Shown in pieces: positions 25,223 to 39,845 of a stretch of 64,000 bases of DNA. The position numbers were made by a program, and so were the translations under genes. The stretch lies in assembly GCA_964016885.1 (NCBI GenBank), contig OZ024747.1, positions 37,324,001-37,388,000 on the forward strand, in the 5' to 3' direction. The notes under the pieces were generated by a model that saw nothing but the letters and a program-made list of their open reading frames with translations, searched no databases and had not been told where the DNA came from. Within the stretch, counting starts at the first letter, position 1; each line of letters begins with the position of its first letter. This DNA is from Eledone cirrhosa. Its lineage: Eukaryota.

Positions 25223-28200
25223 TGTGTATGTATATATACATATATATGCATATATATATTATCCTATCTGTTTTTCACTTTCCCTCTCTGTACATGAATG
25301 TGTGTCTACCAGAAGGTATATAATCTGTACACGTATGTATCTCTTTGGATAAACTCATTTGTTAAACCTGTGAAATTTCAAATATGGGTGTATTCACAAT
25401 TTATATTCTTTGTCCCTTTTTTATTATATCTAACGATTTTCTCTACCTATGATAGATATAATCGTTTTTATTTTTTTTAATTAGTTTCACTGAGAAAATA
25501 ATTTGTAAAAGGTTATAGTTTACTGAAGGCAGCGAAATGGCAAAGACGTTAAAACGTCGGATAGAGTGTTTTGTGATATTCGTTCCGACTCCGAGTTCAA
25601 ATCCCGCCGAGGTCAACTTTGCCTTTCATCCTTTCGAGGTCGATAAAAAGCACCATTCTTGTACTGGGCTCGATTCTTCCTCTATTAGCGTCGATAAAAT
25701 CAATGATAAAATAAATGCGTTTAACATGATGAAAAGATCCCTTGTATACACGTTTGGCCTACTAGCCGGTGCTAGTCTTTCATGGCTCACTAGCTCTATA
25801 CGGACGTTTAAACTGATTAAATAAATAAATAAATACATAAATATCGAAATATCTAGATATCGGCGTCTAATGCAGCTTCCTGAATTGGGGAAAGTTTATC
25901 CTATTTTATTTAAATATACCACTAATTATAGCTCCAAAACAGTGTGTCAAAACATTTGCCTTTTTATATTATCATAGTTATTGTGTAGAGTTTCCGCTTT
26001 TATAATGTGTTTTTAAGGATTCAAAAATGTGTGCTGGGAAGGTTTTGTCGGGTGTAAAAACTGTTAAGGTAGCGGAAGTCTCCTTGGAATTAGTACCTTT
26101 CACGCACTGGGGTCGATTTCATTGACTTGCCCCGCCCCCAAAATTGCTGGCCTTGTGCCTATATAAGAAACATTATTACATGTCCTCTGTTAGTCCGGCA
26201 AAATGGATAATTCGGTATGGAATTGGAATCAAAGGTACCAGAAAATCGGCGTTGGTCAATGTCGGTTTTGATATCTATATCCCTTTAAACGTAACTTTGT
26301 AGCAAACTGAGCAAAGACTTTGAGTTAATAGAAGAGAATCTGAAGTTAAAAGAGCAGAATTTTTTGCCGTAGTGGTGTAGGGGACAAAGAAGCTTCGGCA
26401 AGTTTGTGCGACAATAGCTGCGGTCTGTGTGTCTTTGCCAATCACCAATATAGCCATTTGGGGGATGAAGGTGTGTGTGTGTGAGCGAGGAGGAAGGTGG
26501 TGATATGTTTTGGTGTGGTATTGGTGGTGGTGACGATGATGGTATAATGTTATATTGGTGATTGAGGTTGTGCGAATGGCTGTGTAGAAAGCAGTAAACA
26601 ATTATTTAGGTTGGGAATCTGTAGAACTTTATTATCTCTCAAAGGATTTACAGAGCCAAGATATATATGTTGACGTCTAACGTTTAATATTTCATTGAAA
26701 CGTCAATATTTCAATTTATTTTCGTGATTGCCACAGACTAAAACTAGGCCTCCGGCCACTGAAGGCTGCAACCCAGATTATATTCTTAGTAGCTTCTATG
26801 TTTTTATTTAATCACAGGCCAGCTCTGATTGAACAGATATACGATCAAAGGCATTCCAGCCGTGCCTATCCTGTTTATTTTTGTTTATATTTTTAGACAC
26901 AATGTACATTATACAAGGTGTTCAAAAGCAATCCAGCCGTGAATATCCTGTTTATTTTTCTCAGACATAATGTACATTATACAAGATGTTCACTCATTTA
27001 TATGATCAAAGGTATTCCAGCCATGGCAATCCTGTTTTTGTTGTTTTGTTTTTTTTGTGGAAGGGTTTCCGACATATGTATATTATACAATATGTTCATC
27101 CTTTTTTTTTTCTTTTTGTAAACAGAAAAATATAATTAATCTCTATAAGATCGACTGATAGCGTAGGGGCTCCCTTCAAAGGTGGCCTCTATGAAGTCTC
27201 TCGATCCGCTGGTAATAGTAGCCACCCTCAAATCACATCTCCCTCTCCCTATCTTTAAAAAAATTAATACGATATATCAATACGGTGCTCCTATGACTTC
27301 CGCGGGAGTTACAGAACTAAGAAGGAAAATGATCTGTTATTGTAACCGTTAATTAACATGAATAATGTAAATTATTTTCTGTGTACAGAGTAGAAATAGA
27401 ATGTTTCTTTAATTCTAAAATAACATGGCGCCTTCTATCAGGAGTAACTTTCGCACAAAAACCATCGCATTGAAACTGCACGATTATAATTTCAGATATT
27501 TTTTCCTGAGACAATTAGCTTCCTCATTATTCGCGTCAAAATGTAATTTTAGTTCATCCGGTTAAGGTTGCGGGGGAGAAAATCGCAGATTATCGTTATG
27601 GTTACTGTTTAAAGCTTCATTTCTGAATCTCAATATTTAAAAATGAGAACAGGGTATGTCCATATTTCTAAAATTGTATGGTTCTGCTGCAAATTTGTTT
27701 ATCCTGATGTCGAATCATTGGAGTATTAAAACCGTCTCTGACACCATTTTATTATTTGAAATTCAGCAATTGTTCTTCGCTCGAAACTTCTGATCGTATT
27801 CTATTACTTTCTTGAAGCGCATCTTGGTATTCTGCTCTCTCTCGCTCTCTATCCATATAACCAGCTCGCTATCCACCTTCCATATTCGTCACTGTCCATA
27901 CTGTCTCTCTTCATATTAGTTGATTTTCCTTTTATACAATGTGTATCATGCCCATATGTGCGCAGTCATCTTCGCCCTTCCCCGTTGGTTTTCTCTTACA
28001 CTTGTTCTTATTTCTTTTCTTTGTTCCTCTTTCATCCTTTGCCTATATCATATCATTCTTTCTTTTGTTGTTCCAGACTCTCACTTAAATTCCATATTGT
28101 AAGTTATTTAAATGTTAAAGGGGGAAAACCATTTCTGGTGCAACACTTTGTTGATGTGTAAAATGATAATGTGTAGTACAAACATTTGTTCTTCCTAATG

Positions 28201-29322
28201 ATGGATTTGAATAATAACTGAACAATTTAAAATCTGTTTGAATTTTGCAAAAAATAATGGTTTGTGATTTAGGCACAAAGCCATCAATTTCCGGGGAGGG
28301 GAATGTCGATTAAATTGAGGCTGAAACGCAAAGCTAACATCGATGGGAGTTGAACTCAGAACGTGAAGGGCTGTAAATATATGCAGACACGCTACTGATT
28401 CTGCCAATCCAACGCCCTTCATTTACAATAAATAATGGTGGATTTAAACCATTGTTTAAAGATATGCGGTGGATTGGCAGTATCGGTAGAGCATCAGACA
28501 ACATGCTTTGTGGCATGTATTTACAGCCCTTTACCTTCTGAGAAGAAATTGAGAGTGAAAGTATTTTCATTCGTAAAAAATGTAAAAATGTTTTCGTAAA
28601 AAAATCGAAATTATTAAGGAACGAAAGCTTTCCAAGAAAATGAAATTACGAAGGAAGGAAAATATTCAATAATGATAAAAAATAAACAGTGGACAACAAA
28701 ATACTAACTAGATAATATAATACATCTAATGTGACTAAACAAAGTGGAACTGTGTGCAAAAAGAAAGATGTATAGTCTGTCACCCTCTCCCCTTACCCAT
28801 TTTTTTCTTTCATTGCTTAATAATCCTTGCCCTTTCACTCCTTTTCCTCTCATAGTCTTTTACAATGCTACTTTCTTTCTCTTTATGTTTGACTAAATAT
28901 TAAATTCTTGATTATTTTTATGTAATTTTATCCTAGAAATAAATTTATCGTTTTCTAGGATATAATTATTTACAGAGACAAATGTAGGGATATAATCCAT
29001 GAATTTGTGATTGGAAAGTGAACTTCTTATTGCAGAAATATGACTGATATAGGAAAGGTAGTGTATGTATGTGTGTGTAAATTTTACAGAGGTACAGATT
29101 GAGAGATTGGTACTCGAGTGTACATGGTGTTATTCCTTTCTTGGTGGGGGATTTGAACAAATACTTAAATATATCAGATCCGTTTATACTTTATATTTGA
29201 TTATCCTCGAAGCATAACGTACAAAAACATACTATGACTATCAGAATGATATTATGGATGATGGCATCAACACCAGTAAAAATTGCAATAACAACGTAAA
29301 TGAATAACAAAATAACACTTAC

Positions 29323-30427
29323 TGAGAGCCATTGATGCAGCATCGACAGCACCATTGTAATTATTCGTATGTGTACGATTAGGTATTATTTCAATCCAAA
29401 GGTTTTGAATGTAATTGCCTAGTTGTAGATTACCGCACGAAGCCAATGCCCACCAGAATGACCATATGAAAAGAGCACGGTGAGAGTAAGATTGAATGAA
29501 ATCATTGACCATTTTCTTTAAGCCATTTTTGAAAGAAACCTTGATTATATTGGTATTACTGTTGATGATCTCTTTGGTACTATCATAGATTTTCCAATCG
29601 AAGTTGGATTGGTCGTTGTCGTTACTGTCACATTTCAAATTAGATTTAGACTTGTTGTCGTTACTGTTGGAGGTATCCTCTCTACTGTCATAGTTCAAAT
29701 CGGTGTGATTGTTGCCGTTACTGTTGGGGGCATCCACGCTACTATCACAGTTCAAATCGGAGTTGAATTGGTTGTCTCCCTTACTGTTGGTGATATTTTG
29801 ATTTTTTGAATAATCTACATCGACGTCGGCATCAATTTGATTTGTATCGTGTTTATGAAAATAAAACGATTTCTCTACTTTAGGTAGGAAGAAAGAAATG
29901 ACGAATGCTATACAAACGTTAACCATGGATATTATGTTTAATTTGAAGTAGTTGACACCCGAAACTATTAGAATCTGCCCGAGAATAGCAGCAAGAAATC
30001 GGCCGATCAAACTACTGCCGCGTACAAATCCAGACACCTTGCGGTAATGATCTTCACTGACTACGGCAAAAATGTAAGAATAATAGGCGATCTCAGTAGA
30101 CGTGGCGAAACCGTAAGCAACCTGCATAAACTGCATTTGTAGAATGCCTTGTCCCCATAGCAATAGAATCCATGTAGTAATATAAGTAATTGCTTCAAAA
30201 ATTATAACAACTTTGTAGCGAAGAAAATCCGTAAAAAGTAGGACTAGAACTAAAGTGGCCAGGTAGCTGTATGTCCAAACTGGGTATACTTGGCTGTTGA
30301 CATCACTAAGAGACAAGTTCTTCATGTCTGCAGATGTCATATACGAAGTAAGATATGACTCAGATGGTCGGAAATCTTTGAAAACTCCAAAACAACAAAT
30401 AATGGCTGTCGCGACTTTCCATCTCAT
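29323..30427 (-). CDS. SLC19A: SLC19-family thiamine/reduced-folate transporter, first coding exon (~TM1-TM8, partial gene)
   Basis: Motifs RPSESYLT, VYPVWTYSYL, LFTDFLRYK, TSTEIAYYSYIF, WSFWWALASCG and NYNGAVDA; donor GTAAGT begins at 29322 (phase 1); acceptor ttcttcattttacag ends at 30498, so the exon includes ~70 nt of 5' UTR; downstream exons not found by eye. Confidence 0.93.
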
Positions 30428-31790
30428 GGTGATTTATTAGATATATATATATATAATTCAATATATGTATATATATATAAATGTAAACACTTCGGGCCTG
30501 TAAAATGAAGAAGTAAATATATTCATAAGTTGGGTGGCAGGGTGATTGGAAGTTTCTGTAATATACTCAGATCATTAAAACGATGGATATGCTGTCAGAA
30601 CTATAGATGGCAAATATACGAACGATATACGATGTATGTCAGAGATATGGATCGCACGTAAGCTATATCTTGAGCCAGGATGGGAGAGATTCAGCGTAAC
30701 AACGATGCTGCCTTAGGTTGTCTGTACTCTGGAGAGTTGTGTGATATCTAACGGTTTCTGATTTAGCTACAAGACCAACAATTCTGGGAGAGGGGAAAGT
30801 CAATTATATTGACTCTAGTGCGTTTCTGCTACATTATTTTATCGACACCATAAGGATGAAAGGCTAAGCTAACGTCGGTGGGATTTGGACTCAGAACGCG
30901 AAGAAACGTAACTCTATGCCACAAAGCATGTTATCCAACGCTCCACCGATGCTGTCAATCCACGCCCGTTCAGTGATATTTACCGATATCATTTCTCTGA
31001 ACTAGTTAGAATAAAACAAAAATAAACTTCTCGATCTGCGTCACCAAACGTGATGCAGCGACTGTACAACGTGACAAGATAGCTTGCTTTACAAATTGCA
31101 TTCGATATCACGCTTTGTCTTTCCCAGCGTACAGAGGCGTGGCTCTGGAAGTTTGGGGATTAATTTAGGCATTAGAGATGATACGTGATCCATATTCTAC
31201 TGAAAAACTTTCGAGTCTAAAGAGTTTTAGCAGTAAGAAAGTATGAAAGGTCGCCACTTTAACAGGGTAGATGATTGAAGGTCGCCAATTCCAGGAGCAT
31301 GGATTATAGATGTTATTGAGACACGAGTAACATAATAATGATTTCAACAGCAGAAATTAGAGATGAAATGTATGGTTATTTTTGATGTAGCACAAACAAT
31401 GTTTGTTAACTTATATGGTTGAAGTTACAGATAAAAAGAGGTCACAAAAGGGAATGTGCCATTGCGCCGTTAAGCCGGCGAGGCTAGGGTGCAAAATCTC
31501 ACCGTTACATTATGCGTGTTGCTGGTTCGAAGTTTCTGGTACAAGAGAGAGATTCTTCAAATCTTCGCGGGGAATTTCTTCCTCAGGGCGCGTAGGGATA
31601 CATCCTCTTCTACTGGCGCTGATTGGCTGAACTGAGCCAAATCACGCACAGAGAATGTATGTGAGCCCGCGGAATGTAGGTCACTACAGAGTAAACGAAA
31701 CTGTTGTGTTCACTCTCACCAAATACACTCCATTCTGGATTATAATTAGTTTACAGAACACTCATCCAAGATTTCCTCGGATACGGACAC

Positions 31791-31796
<6 letters not shown>

Positions 31797-31875
<79 letters not shown>
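31797..31875 (+). repeat. (CA)n microsatellite
   Basis: Direct. Confidence 0.95.
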
Positions 31876-31879
<4 letters not shown>

Positions 31880-34800
31880 TATGTATATGTATATATACAC
31901 AGTCACCCAAACACGTGTACACACAGGCTCACATCTCGTTACTCCAGATTTCCGACATTCTATCTCTGTTAGAACCAAAAATATGAATTAATTAATTACG
32001 AAATATTTACCAATCAAAAATGAAACTTTAATAAATCATCGTTATCACCACCACCATCATCATCATCATAATCACTCATAAATCATCATCATCATCATCA
32101 TCATAACCAATGTCATCAACATAATCATCAATGATCTAACGACTGCAACTTTCACTTTCATCCAGCACAAGAGACGTTCTATTTTATGAAGTAGCAAATC
32201 TGTCCTCCATCAAAATCATAGCTAGTGATGGGGGTGGAGGCGGGAGAGGTGAGGATACGACAGTTCCTACTACTCCATTTCCAGGCTTTGTTGGGGGGGG
32301 GGGGGTTATGTTCAATGTCCGGTAATAGAGACATTTGTTATTAACTATCAAATTTCTATCAATAAAAATTTACTTGTTTATTTATTATAACAGCTTGTGC
32401 ATACTTTGTTCAATTCTCAAATTGGTTTCTTATTTCGTCACGAGGGAGGAAAAAGTCGATTAAACGGATCGATAATATAAAGTACCAAAACGTTACTGAT
32501 ACTTTATTTTATCGGCCCGTTAAGGATGAAAGGCAAAGCTAACCTCGGCTGGATTTGAAATCAAACAGTAAAGAGCCGTAACTGTATGATTACAAAGCAT
32601 TTATGTTGTACTATGATATTGCTATCATATTGGAAACAAGATGCGAAGAAAACATTTCTCCTATTACAATTGAAATAGCTATTCCATTAATACACAACAT
32701 GGCAACATTCTTTGTTAAAGTCGCCGCCTGTTCATAATGTGGTATTAGATTAAAGAATTCCGCAATTAAAACTGAAGAGGGGCTACTTCCAACGATGAAG
32801 CTAAAAATAAGAGCCATGGTCATATCAATAGCCTTCACATAGATAGTGTTAATACATGAGATTTTACCGAGGTTCTTAAAGTCATTCCAAGTATGTGAAT
32901 TGCTTTTAATAATAATGGCGAAATTGGAAAAGATGTAATGTTAATCCACCCAGTAACTGTTCCTAACACCTGGCTTCCATCGACCCAATCAGAATACTGA
33001 GCCACTCCTAATGTTTGGTTAACATACAACTGGCACTGCGGACACTCACACCATTAGTTGTCGACTAAAAATCACGATTTAACGATTTAGAAGGGGTTTT
33101 TTTAAAACGCATCGCTCCTTTAAGTGGTGTCGCGTAACATCCATGATACCAGGGAATGTCCTGGTTGCTTTTAGCCAAATAAACATGGTGTTTTTTTCTA
33201 ACAAGCAAACTACGAAGCAACATGCAATTTCAAACAAATTACTTTCCTTTTTAGTATTACTTAGTATGAGGGCAGTGGACTGGTAGTATCGCTGTTCTTA
33301 AATCAGAAATATAATCTTTATTTTTGTCTGTGATGTAAAACATTGTTGTAATATCCATTGATTTGCTTTTCCTCGTAAAGATTATTTTAAAATTCAATGT
33401 CAAATATATTTATCGTTATAAGCTGGGCATAAACAATTGTTTAACACAGTAAAACTATTCAAAGTACGAAATGTCATGAATGAAAATATTTCACACTTAT
33501 CTGGCACGCTATTATCCAAGTTCACCAACATTATATTATGGATTGCAAGTATTTTTTGCCGAATTCGCAATTTCTCTTTACAGAAGTAGTGATTACAGGT
33601 TTATCAGCTCCATGGACATATTAAAATTTTGCCAGCTCATCGATGAGTACAGGCATCTGTAGATTCTTATGATTATAGATTGTGATGCTATAAACGCACA
33701 AGAAATGTTGCTTACAGATAAGATGCAGGAGCCTTTGGCTTGGACCTTCATGAAAATCAAGAGTTCTCTTGAATAAAAGATTCATAAGTTGATGCTAGAT
33801 CAATGGATTATTATATGGTTTCTAGTTTGTATATTACAGTGACTTTCGATATCTCAGCCGGTGTCCAGCAGACTGCAGCCATCTTCCTGCTATCTTATTT
33901 ATCAACAAGCAATATGTCAACATATTGTCACTCATTGGTCACTTTCTGTAATTAGCTGGTGTTAAGGACATTCAGAGAATCTAAGTGTAAGAGCTAGTGA
34001 AGGACTTGCCATAGACCTAGTGATGCATAACATAATGAAGTGCCACATAATGCAAATGGCTACTCAATTTAACTGAGTAGAGCAAACAATATAGTACAGA
34101 TTGATACATGATAAACACACGAGATATCTTAATCCATTTAGACTGACGTTTAATTTCAGTATCGATACTGAAACATTGATGAGAAACAAACCTCATCTTA
34201 GAGATAACGCTAGCCACAGTTTAAAACAAAAACAGAACAGTTGCTTCCCGTCCTTTTTTACTGTGGGCAGTGACTCGTCTAGATGACTTCAACAATTTCG
34301 ATGAAATGAAGGAAGGAATTTGTATATTATGCAATTTACTCAGGTGAAAATCGACATTTCATAATTGTAAAGGAAAGGTATATAGAGAATATGATAAAAA
34401 TAGTTGAAATAAATAATGCTTATATAGAAAGGTATATAGAGAATATGGTAAAAATAGTTGAAATAAATAATGCTTATATTAACACAACGATGTATATGTG
34501 TGAAGATTTAGAAGTCTAAAACAACCTATCTAACGTAAGAATTAGTCTATAGAACAGGAATGTCGAAATGCAATTCTACTCAGAATGCAAATATATGAAA
34601 TTAAACAGTGCTGTCCCTTACATAGGTCCTTGCGATACCTCTGGACCTGGTTGTACTATTTACAATGATGTATTTCAATGGTAAATCGTTACAATTTTAT
34701 AGATGAGCAGTTTGGTCAGTGACTTACTAGTTCTTATTTGATCGACTCCCTAGGAAACAAGCTAACGATCAAAAGCAAACGAGGAAGTTTTTACATCTAC

Positions 34801-35996
34801 AAGACAACTAGCTCAATCTCACTCAAATTCCACTCTACTGTCTTAAATAAAGGTCACAATAGATAAAAATGTCCAACATCTAAAACGACCGGATGGGCAC
34901 GACTAAAATGTGTTTAATCATATGTTTGCTCGATCGAGTTTGACCTGGGACTAAATGACACTGCTATCACCACCACAAACGCCACCACAGAACAACAATA
35001 ACAACAAAAACAAAAGCAGTACAATATCACTTCATAATGTAAATGGATAATAATAAATATTACTAAACTAAATTCAGTCTGATAACACACTTTATCGATG
35101 TCCATGCAACATCGCCTTTTAATAGATTCCTTAGATGAAAGGCCAAGTGTTTGTATATAAAGAAGAGCAAAATGAGAATCTGTGATATTCATGGTTACCT
35201 CAAATAAGAAGAAATCGAATCTACCAGCAATATATCGACATTCCTTTATACTTCTGATACATTCAGGGGTGAACTTTCACCTGCAGAGACCTTAATCTAA
35301 ATAAAATTTTCAGGTAAAAAAAATCTAAAATAATTATACATGATTGCTTTTTATTTAATGATATTAATAATGATAAAGAATAAAAAATATTTGTATATAT
35401 ATATAAATATATGTATATACATAATATTTGATTTAGTGATAAAGAATAAAAACTAATGATAAAATAAAAATATATATTTTTAAATGGGTCCTACGTGTGT
35501 GTGTGGCCCTTGGCTATAGCTTATTTAGCTTATAGGTAAGTCCACCCCTGATCCAGCAGGTCAATAATCGTTTACATCTACATTCTAGAAATCGAACCTC
35601 TACTGGCTGACTATAAGTTTACATTCTGCTATACGACTGGAACACACGCTACATGTGGGTAGAGAATAAAACATGAGACTAACCGTGAATACTGAAGTTC
35701 ATTCAATCAGTTCTAGCTGGATTTTGTCTTCTATACAATTATTATAACGACTGCAGTACTTTAAGAGTTATTTGCGTTTTTAAAACGTCAATGATTTGTT
35801 TGTTGTTTAATTAGCCTTATTAAGCTAACAGATAAGGCAAACAATGTTAATGCTTTTGTCACATGTTGCACTCACAACAGTGGAATTGTGCACTGGTGTC
35901 CCCACAAAAATGTATACACATTTTGATTACCTGTACAGGCAATATTTATTAGAATGCAGTTGAAGTGTGTATACATTTTATATTTTTAAGTATATA

Positions 35997-36062
<66 letters not shown>

Positions 36063-36233
36063 AACCAATCAGCTGTAGTAATTCAGTGAAACTACACACT
36101 GATTGGTCGAAATACAGTTTACAGGGCTTTGCATTCTGGAGCCACTTTTCTCTGTATAAAATGTATAAAAGGTAGGAAATTTACCCATCTCATTACAGTT
36201 GAAAATTGCAAACTCGACTGTCACCACATATCA

Positions 36234-36272
36234 TGAACCTGAAGATTGCGAAAGCATGAAAGTACTTGTTCA
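36234..36272 (+). ncRNA. Minimal type-I hammerhead ribozyme (39 nt)
   Basis: tgaac CTGAAGA t tgc gaaa gca t GAAA gtac TT gttca; stem I UGAAC/GUUCA, GNRA-capped stem II, palindromic stem III AGUACU; in a ~330-bp block between microsatellites. Confidence 0.85.
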
Positions 36273-36574
36273 ATTAACACTTAGAATTTAATATTCTATC
36301 ATACTATCTCATTATAATACGATTATATATATTTTAAAGGATTGTAAATAAAACGAGTAAATCAGACAAAGTTGGAATTCCTCTTATTAATATATATATG
36401 TAAATATGTATACGTATGTATGTATACATATCTAAGTATGTATGTGTGTGTATGTATATCTATATGTAAACATGTATGTGTGTATAGAGTGAGGTGAGAG
36501 TGTGTGTACATATGTAAGTATGTATATGTGTGTAGAGAGAGGGAGGGAGAACGTGTATGTGTGTGTATATATAT

Positions 36575-36653
<79 letters not shown>

Positions 36654-36724
36654 CGTGTTTCTATATAGTACAGAGCTATTTAATTACATAATAAACAACA
36701 CAATATAATTATTCTATTACCAAA

Positions 36725-37075
36725 GGTTTCAGGAAACTTAATTCTGCACAGGCAATCAAAAACCCGGCTGACGCTGCCCTTTTTACAGATCTGGATACCA
36801 TATACAAATGGGTGGAAGACAACAACATGCAGTTTAATGATGGCAAATTCCAAGCCCTACAATACAAACCTGCACACGCAAATACAGAACAACACAGTTA
36901 CACCGGACCAGGAGGCACCGACATTCCCGTGTCGAAATCGATACGAGACCTGGGTATAGACATGAACGACGATGGATCTTTTTCCTCACACATCATGAAA
37001 GTGGCGACCATGTGCAGACGACTCGTTGGCTGGATCTTCAGGACTTTCTGGACAAGAGACCGAGATACCATGAAA
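36725..37075 (+). mobile_element. CR1/Jockey-group LINE RT fragment
   Basis: DLDTIYKWVEDNNMQFNDGKFQ...IRDLGIDM...GWIFRTF. Confidence 0.8.
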
Positions 37076-37522
37076 ATATATAGTACAGTACAATGTTACT
37101 GTTGAAAATATATAGTTTAGTATAGTATAGTATTACTGTGGAAAATATATAGTATAATATAGTATCACTGTTGAAAATATATAGTATAGTATTACTGTTG
37201 AAAATATATAGTATACTATAACTGTTGAAAATATATTGTATAATATAGTATAACTGTTGAAAATATATAGTATAGTATTACTGTTGAAAATATATAGTAT
37301 ACTATAGTATAACTGTTGAAAATATATTGTATAATATAGTATAACTGTTGAAAATATATAGTATAGTATTACTGTTGAAAATATATAGTATAGTATAGTA
37401 TTAATGTTGAAAATATATAGTATAGTATTACTGTTAAAAATATATAGTATAGTATTAATGTTGAAAATACATAGTATAGTATTACTGTTAAAAATATATA
37501 GTATAGTATAGTATTACTGTTG
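37075..37522 (+). repeat. AT-rich minisatellite, 27-32-bp unit (actgttgaaaatatatagtatagtatt)
   Basis: Direct. Confidence 0.9.
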
Positions 37523-37544
37523 CAAAAACACCGACAAAACCATA

Positions 37545-37660
37545 ACAGTTAGGATAGAAACTAAGGAAAGAAACCTCGGCAATCTTAGAATTAAGGAAGC
37601 ACTAATTATAGACAAAACACAACCACCAATTAATAATAGACTAGAACTCAACACACAATT
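37545..37660 (+). mobile_element. C-terminal end of a PLE GIY-YIG endonuclease (different subfamily)
   Basis: ITVRIETKERNLGNLRIKEALIIDKTQPPINNRLEL. Confidence 0.6.
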
Positions 37661-38197
37661 TATAACTTGATAGAGCTTATAGCCCCATATTTACACCACC
37701 CCTCCACACACACACACACACACACACGCTTACACCTCCACTTATTCTCTCTCACACACACACATACACACACAAAGACCAGTTCTAACACGAGATAACA
37801 TCTATCCCCCACATTTACGTATAGACATATCTTCTCACTCTCACACACACACACTCACATACTTACACCTTCAGGCATTCTCCCACACACTTAAACAGGC
37901 ATGTACAAAAAAAAACCTTTTAACGGGAGACTAATCTTTATCCACCTAACCTTAACTGTTTGACATTACAGATAGAACAGATACTCTATACCATTTTCTG
38001 TCAGCATGACTTGGCAAGCTATTTAGAACACTGGTTTAACCGCTTTACTTCCCTCCGAATAAGAGATATCTCGAAAATTAAGGACATTTAAATAAATCTA
38101 AGGTAAAAGACTAATTGTCAACAATATCTTTTGCATTTGCATTCTTTATTCTATGTCCATATATGCATTGTTTTGGCTTTATTATACATATACAAAC

Positions 38198-38253
<56 letters not shown>

Positions 38254-38603
38254 CAACTAGAAATTGATTAACATATAAATAAACATATGAAACAATCACA
38301 GGGGATAATTTTTACAAGTGTGCAAGCACACATAGCAAGGTAGGTAACTAAATAAAGTTAACTAGAACTTCAAAAATAGATACCTTATAATATGATTAAT
38401 CTTCCCTGTATATATTCCATTAAAGAAATATATTTCACCAATTAATCGAATGGTAAACCACGGAGGCCGATACTTGGATTTTCAACAAGGAAGAAGTCCA
38501 GCCATCTTGGAGCTTATTTTACGGGTGATATGGCGCATGCCTTTCTGGCATGACACCCATAATTTTGATTTAGATTAAATTCACTTTGATTTATCTTAAT
38601 TTT

Positions 38604-38686
<83 letters not shown>

Positions 38687-38710
38687 AATATATATATATA
38701 TATATATATA

Positions 38711-39576
38711 TTAGTTTTGCGAGGTTTTGATATGAAATCGTGTGTCGAAAGAAATATTGTTATACTTGGGGAGGGTCATATTTGTGTAATATTGCCAGAA
38801 TTAATAACAGAACACACTCAATGTTTGGTTGGTTTTCGCTTCTGTGTCTTTTATATCGGTTAATTTAATTTATTCGGTCCTCAATGTTGCCATTGACTGA
38901 CCAACGGTAAAAAATACAGATACAATATAGACACAAACACATATATATAGTTTATCAAAGTTCTTTCGTTGCACATCTGCAACATCGTCAGTGGTGCTAT
39001 CGTTTCCTCCCGTTGCATTGTATGTCTACGCCATCTTTATTTAGTCTGTTTATATATTTATTTATTTGTTTATTTTTTTGTCTTCTTTGCGATTGCGTGC
39101 GCGTATAGTGTTTTGTTTGATGTGTGTTCGTGATTGGGTGACTGTGTATTGGTTAATGTATTCTATCTTTACTAGTGTGTGTTTATATGTGTTTGTTGTT
39201 ATTGTGCTTGTGTATGTATTTATTTATTTATCTATTTATTTATTTATATTTCTCTTAGGTCAGTGTTGTTTGTTTGGATGTTGTTATTCCATTCATTTTT
39301 TCTGTTTAGCCTTGGCCTTCTAAGTTCTATTTCACTGGCCTCTCTGATTTGCTTATCTGCTGGGTCATTTCTATGTTTAGATATTATTCTAATTTCTATG
39401 TTGTCTATGTTACCGTCGTGTTGTCTGGTATGTTCGTATAGTCAATGGCAACATTGAGGACCGAATAAATTAAATTAACCGATATAAAAGACACAGAAGC
39501 GAAAACCAACCAAACAGTGAGTGTGTTCTGTTATTAATTCTGGCAATATTACACAAATATGACCCTCCCCAAGTAT

Positions 39577-39582
<6 letters not shown>
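38711..39582. mobile_element. Family B copy plus inverted partial copy (39440-39582), within (TA)n
   Basis: 39440-39582 is the reverse complement of ~38755-38897. Confidence 0.85.
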
Positions 39583-39639
<57 letters not shown>

Positions 39640-39642
<3 letters not shown>

Positions 39643-39845
39643 ATAATAATAAATTTGAAGACTAAAATCCAAAGAGAGCTCGATAAGGATAAATATATAT
39701 CAAATATATAAGAACCGTAGAGCAAATATTTATTAAAATAACAGAGTTTAAGCAAAGAATCGCTGGTTTCACCTTTAACGGGATCTTCTGAAACTAACAA
39801 AGTCAATCTGTAAACGCAGAAGTGGATATTTCAAAAAATGTTGCA
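39640..39845 (-). mobile_element. Repeat 'family E' with a hammerhead-like motif (39745-39795); related to 20810-20925 and 47650-47846
   Basis: Alignable by eye; minus strand AGUUU-CAGAAGA-stem-GAAA...UGCUU-AAACU. Confidence 0.6.

Noticed and set aside
24694-25352. 209-aa hydrophobic ORF and other YIYI/VCVC ORFs in the window
   Set aside because: Low-complexity repeat and microsatellite translations; the frame is not preserved in the paralogous copy at 39 kb
31440-31700. Possible SLC19 promoter (locally CpG-richer, ATTGG at ~31622)
   Set aside because: Plausible but not supportable without TSS data
38050-38090. Hammerhead-like CCGAATAA-GAGATATCTC-GAAA-ATTA-AGG after a PLE end
   Set aside because: The core is too degenerate to call; at best a decayed ribozyme
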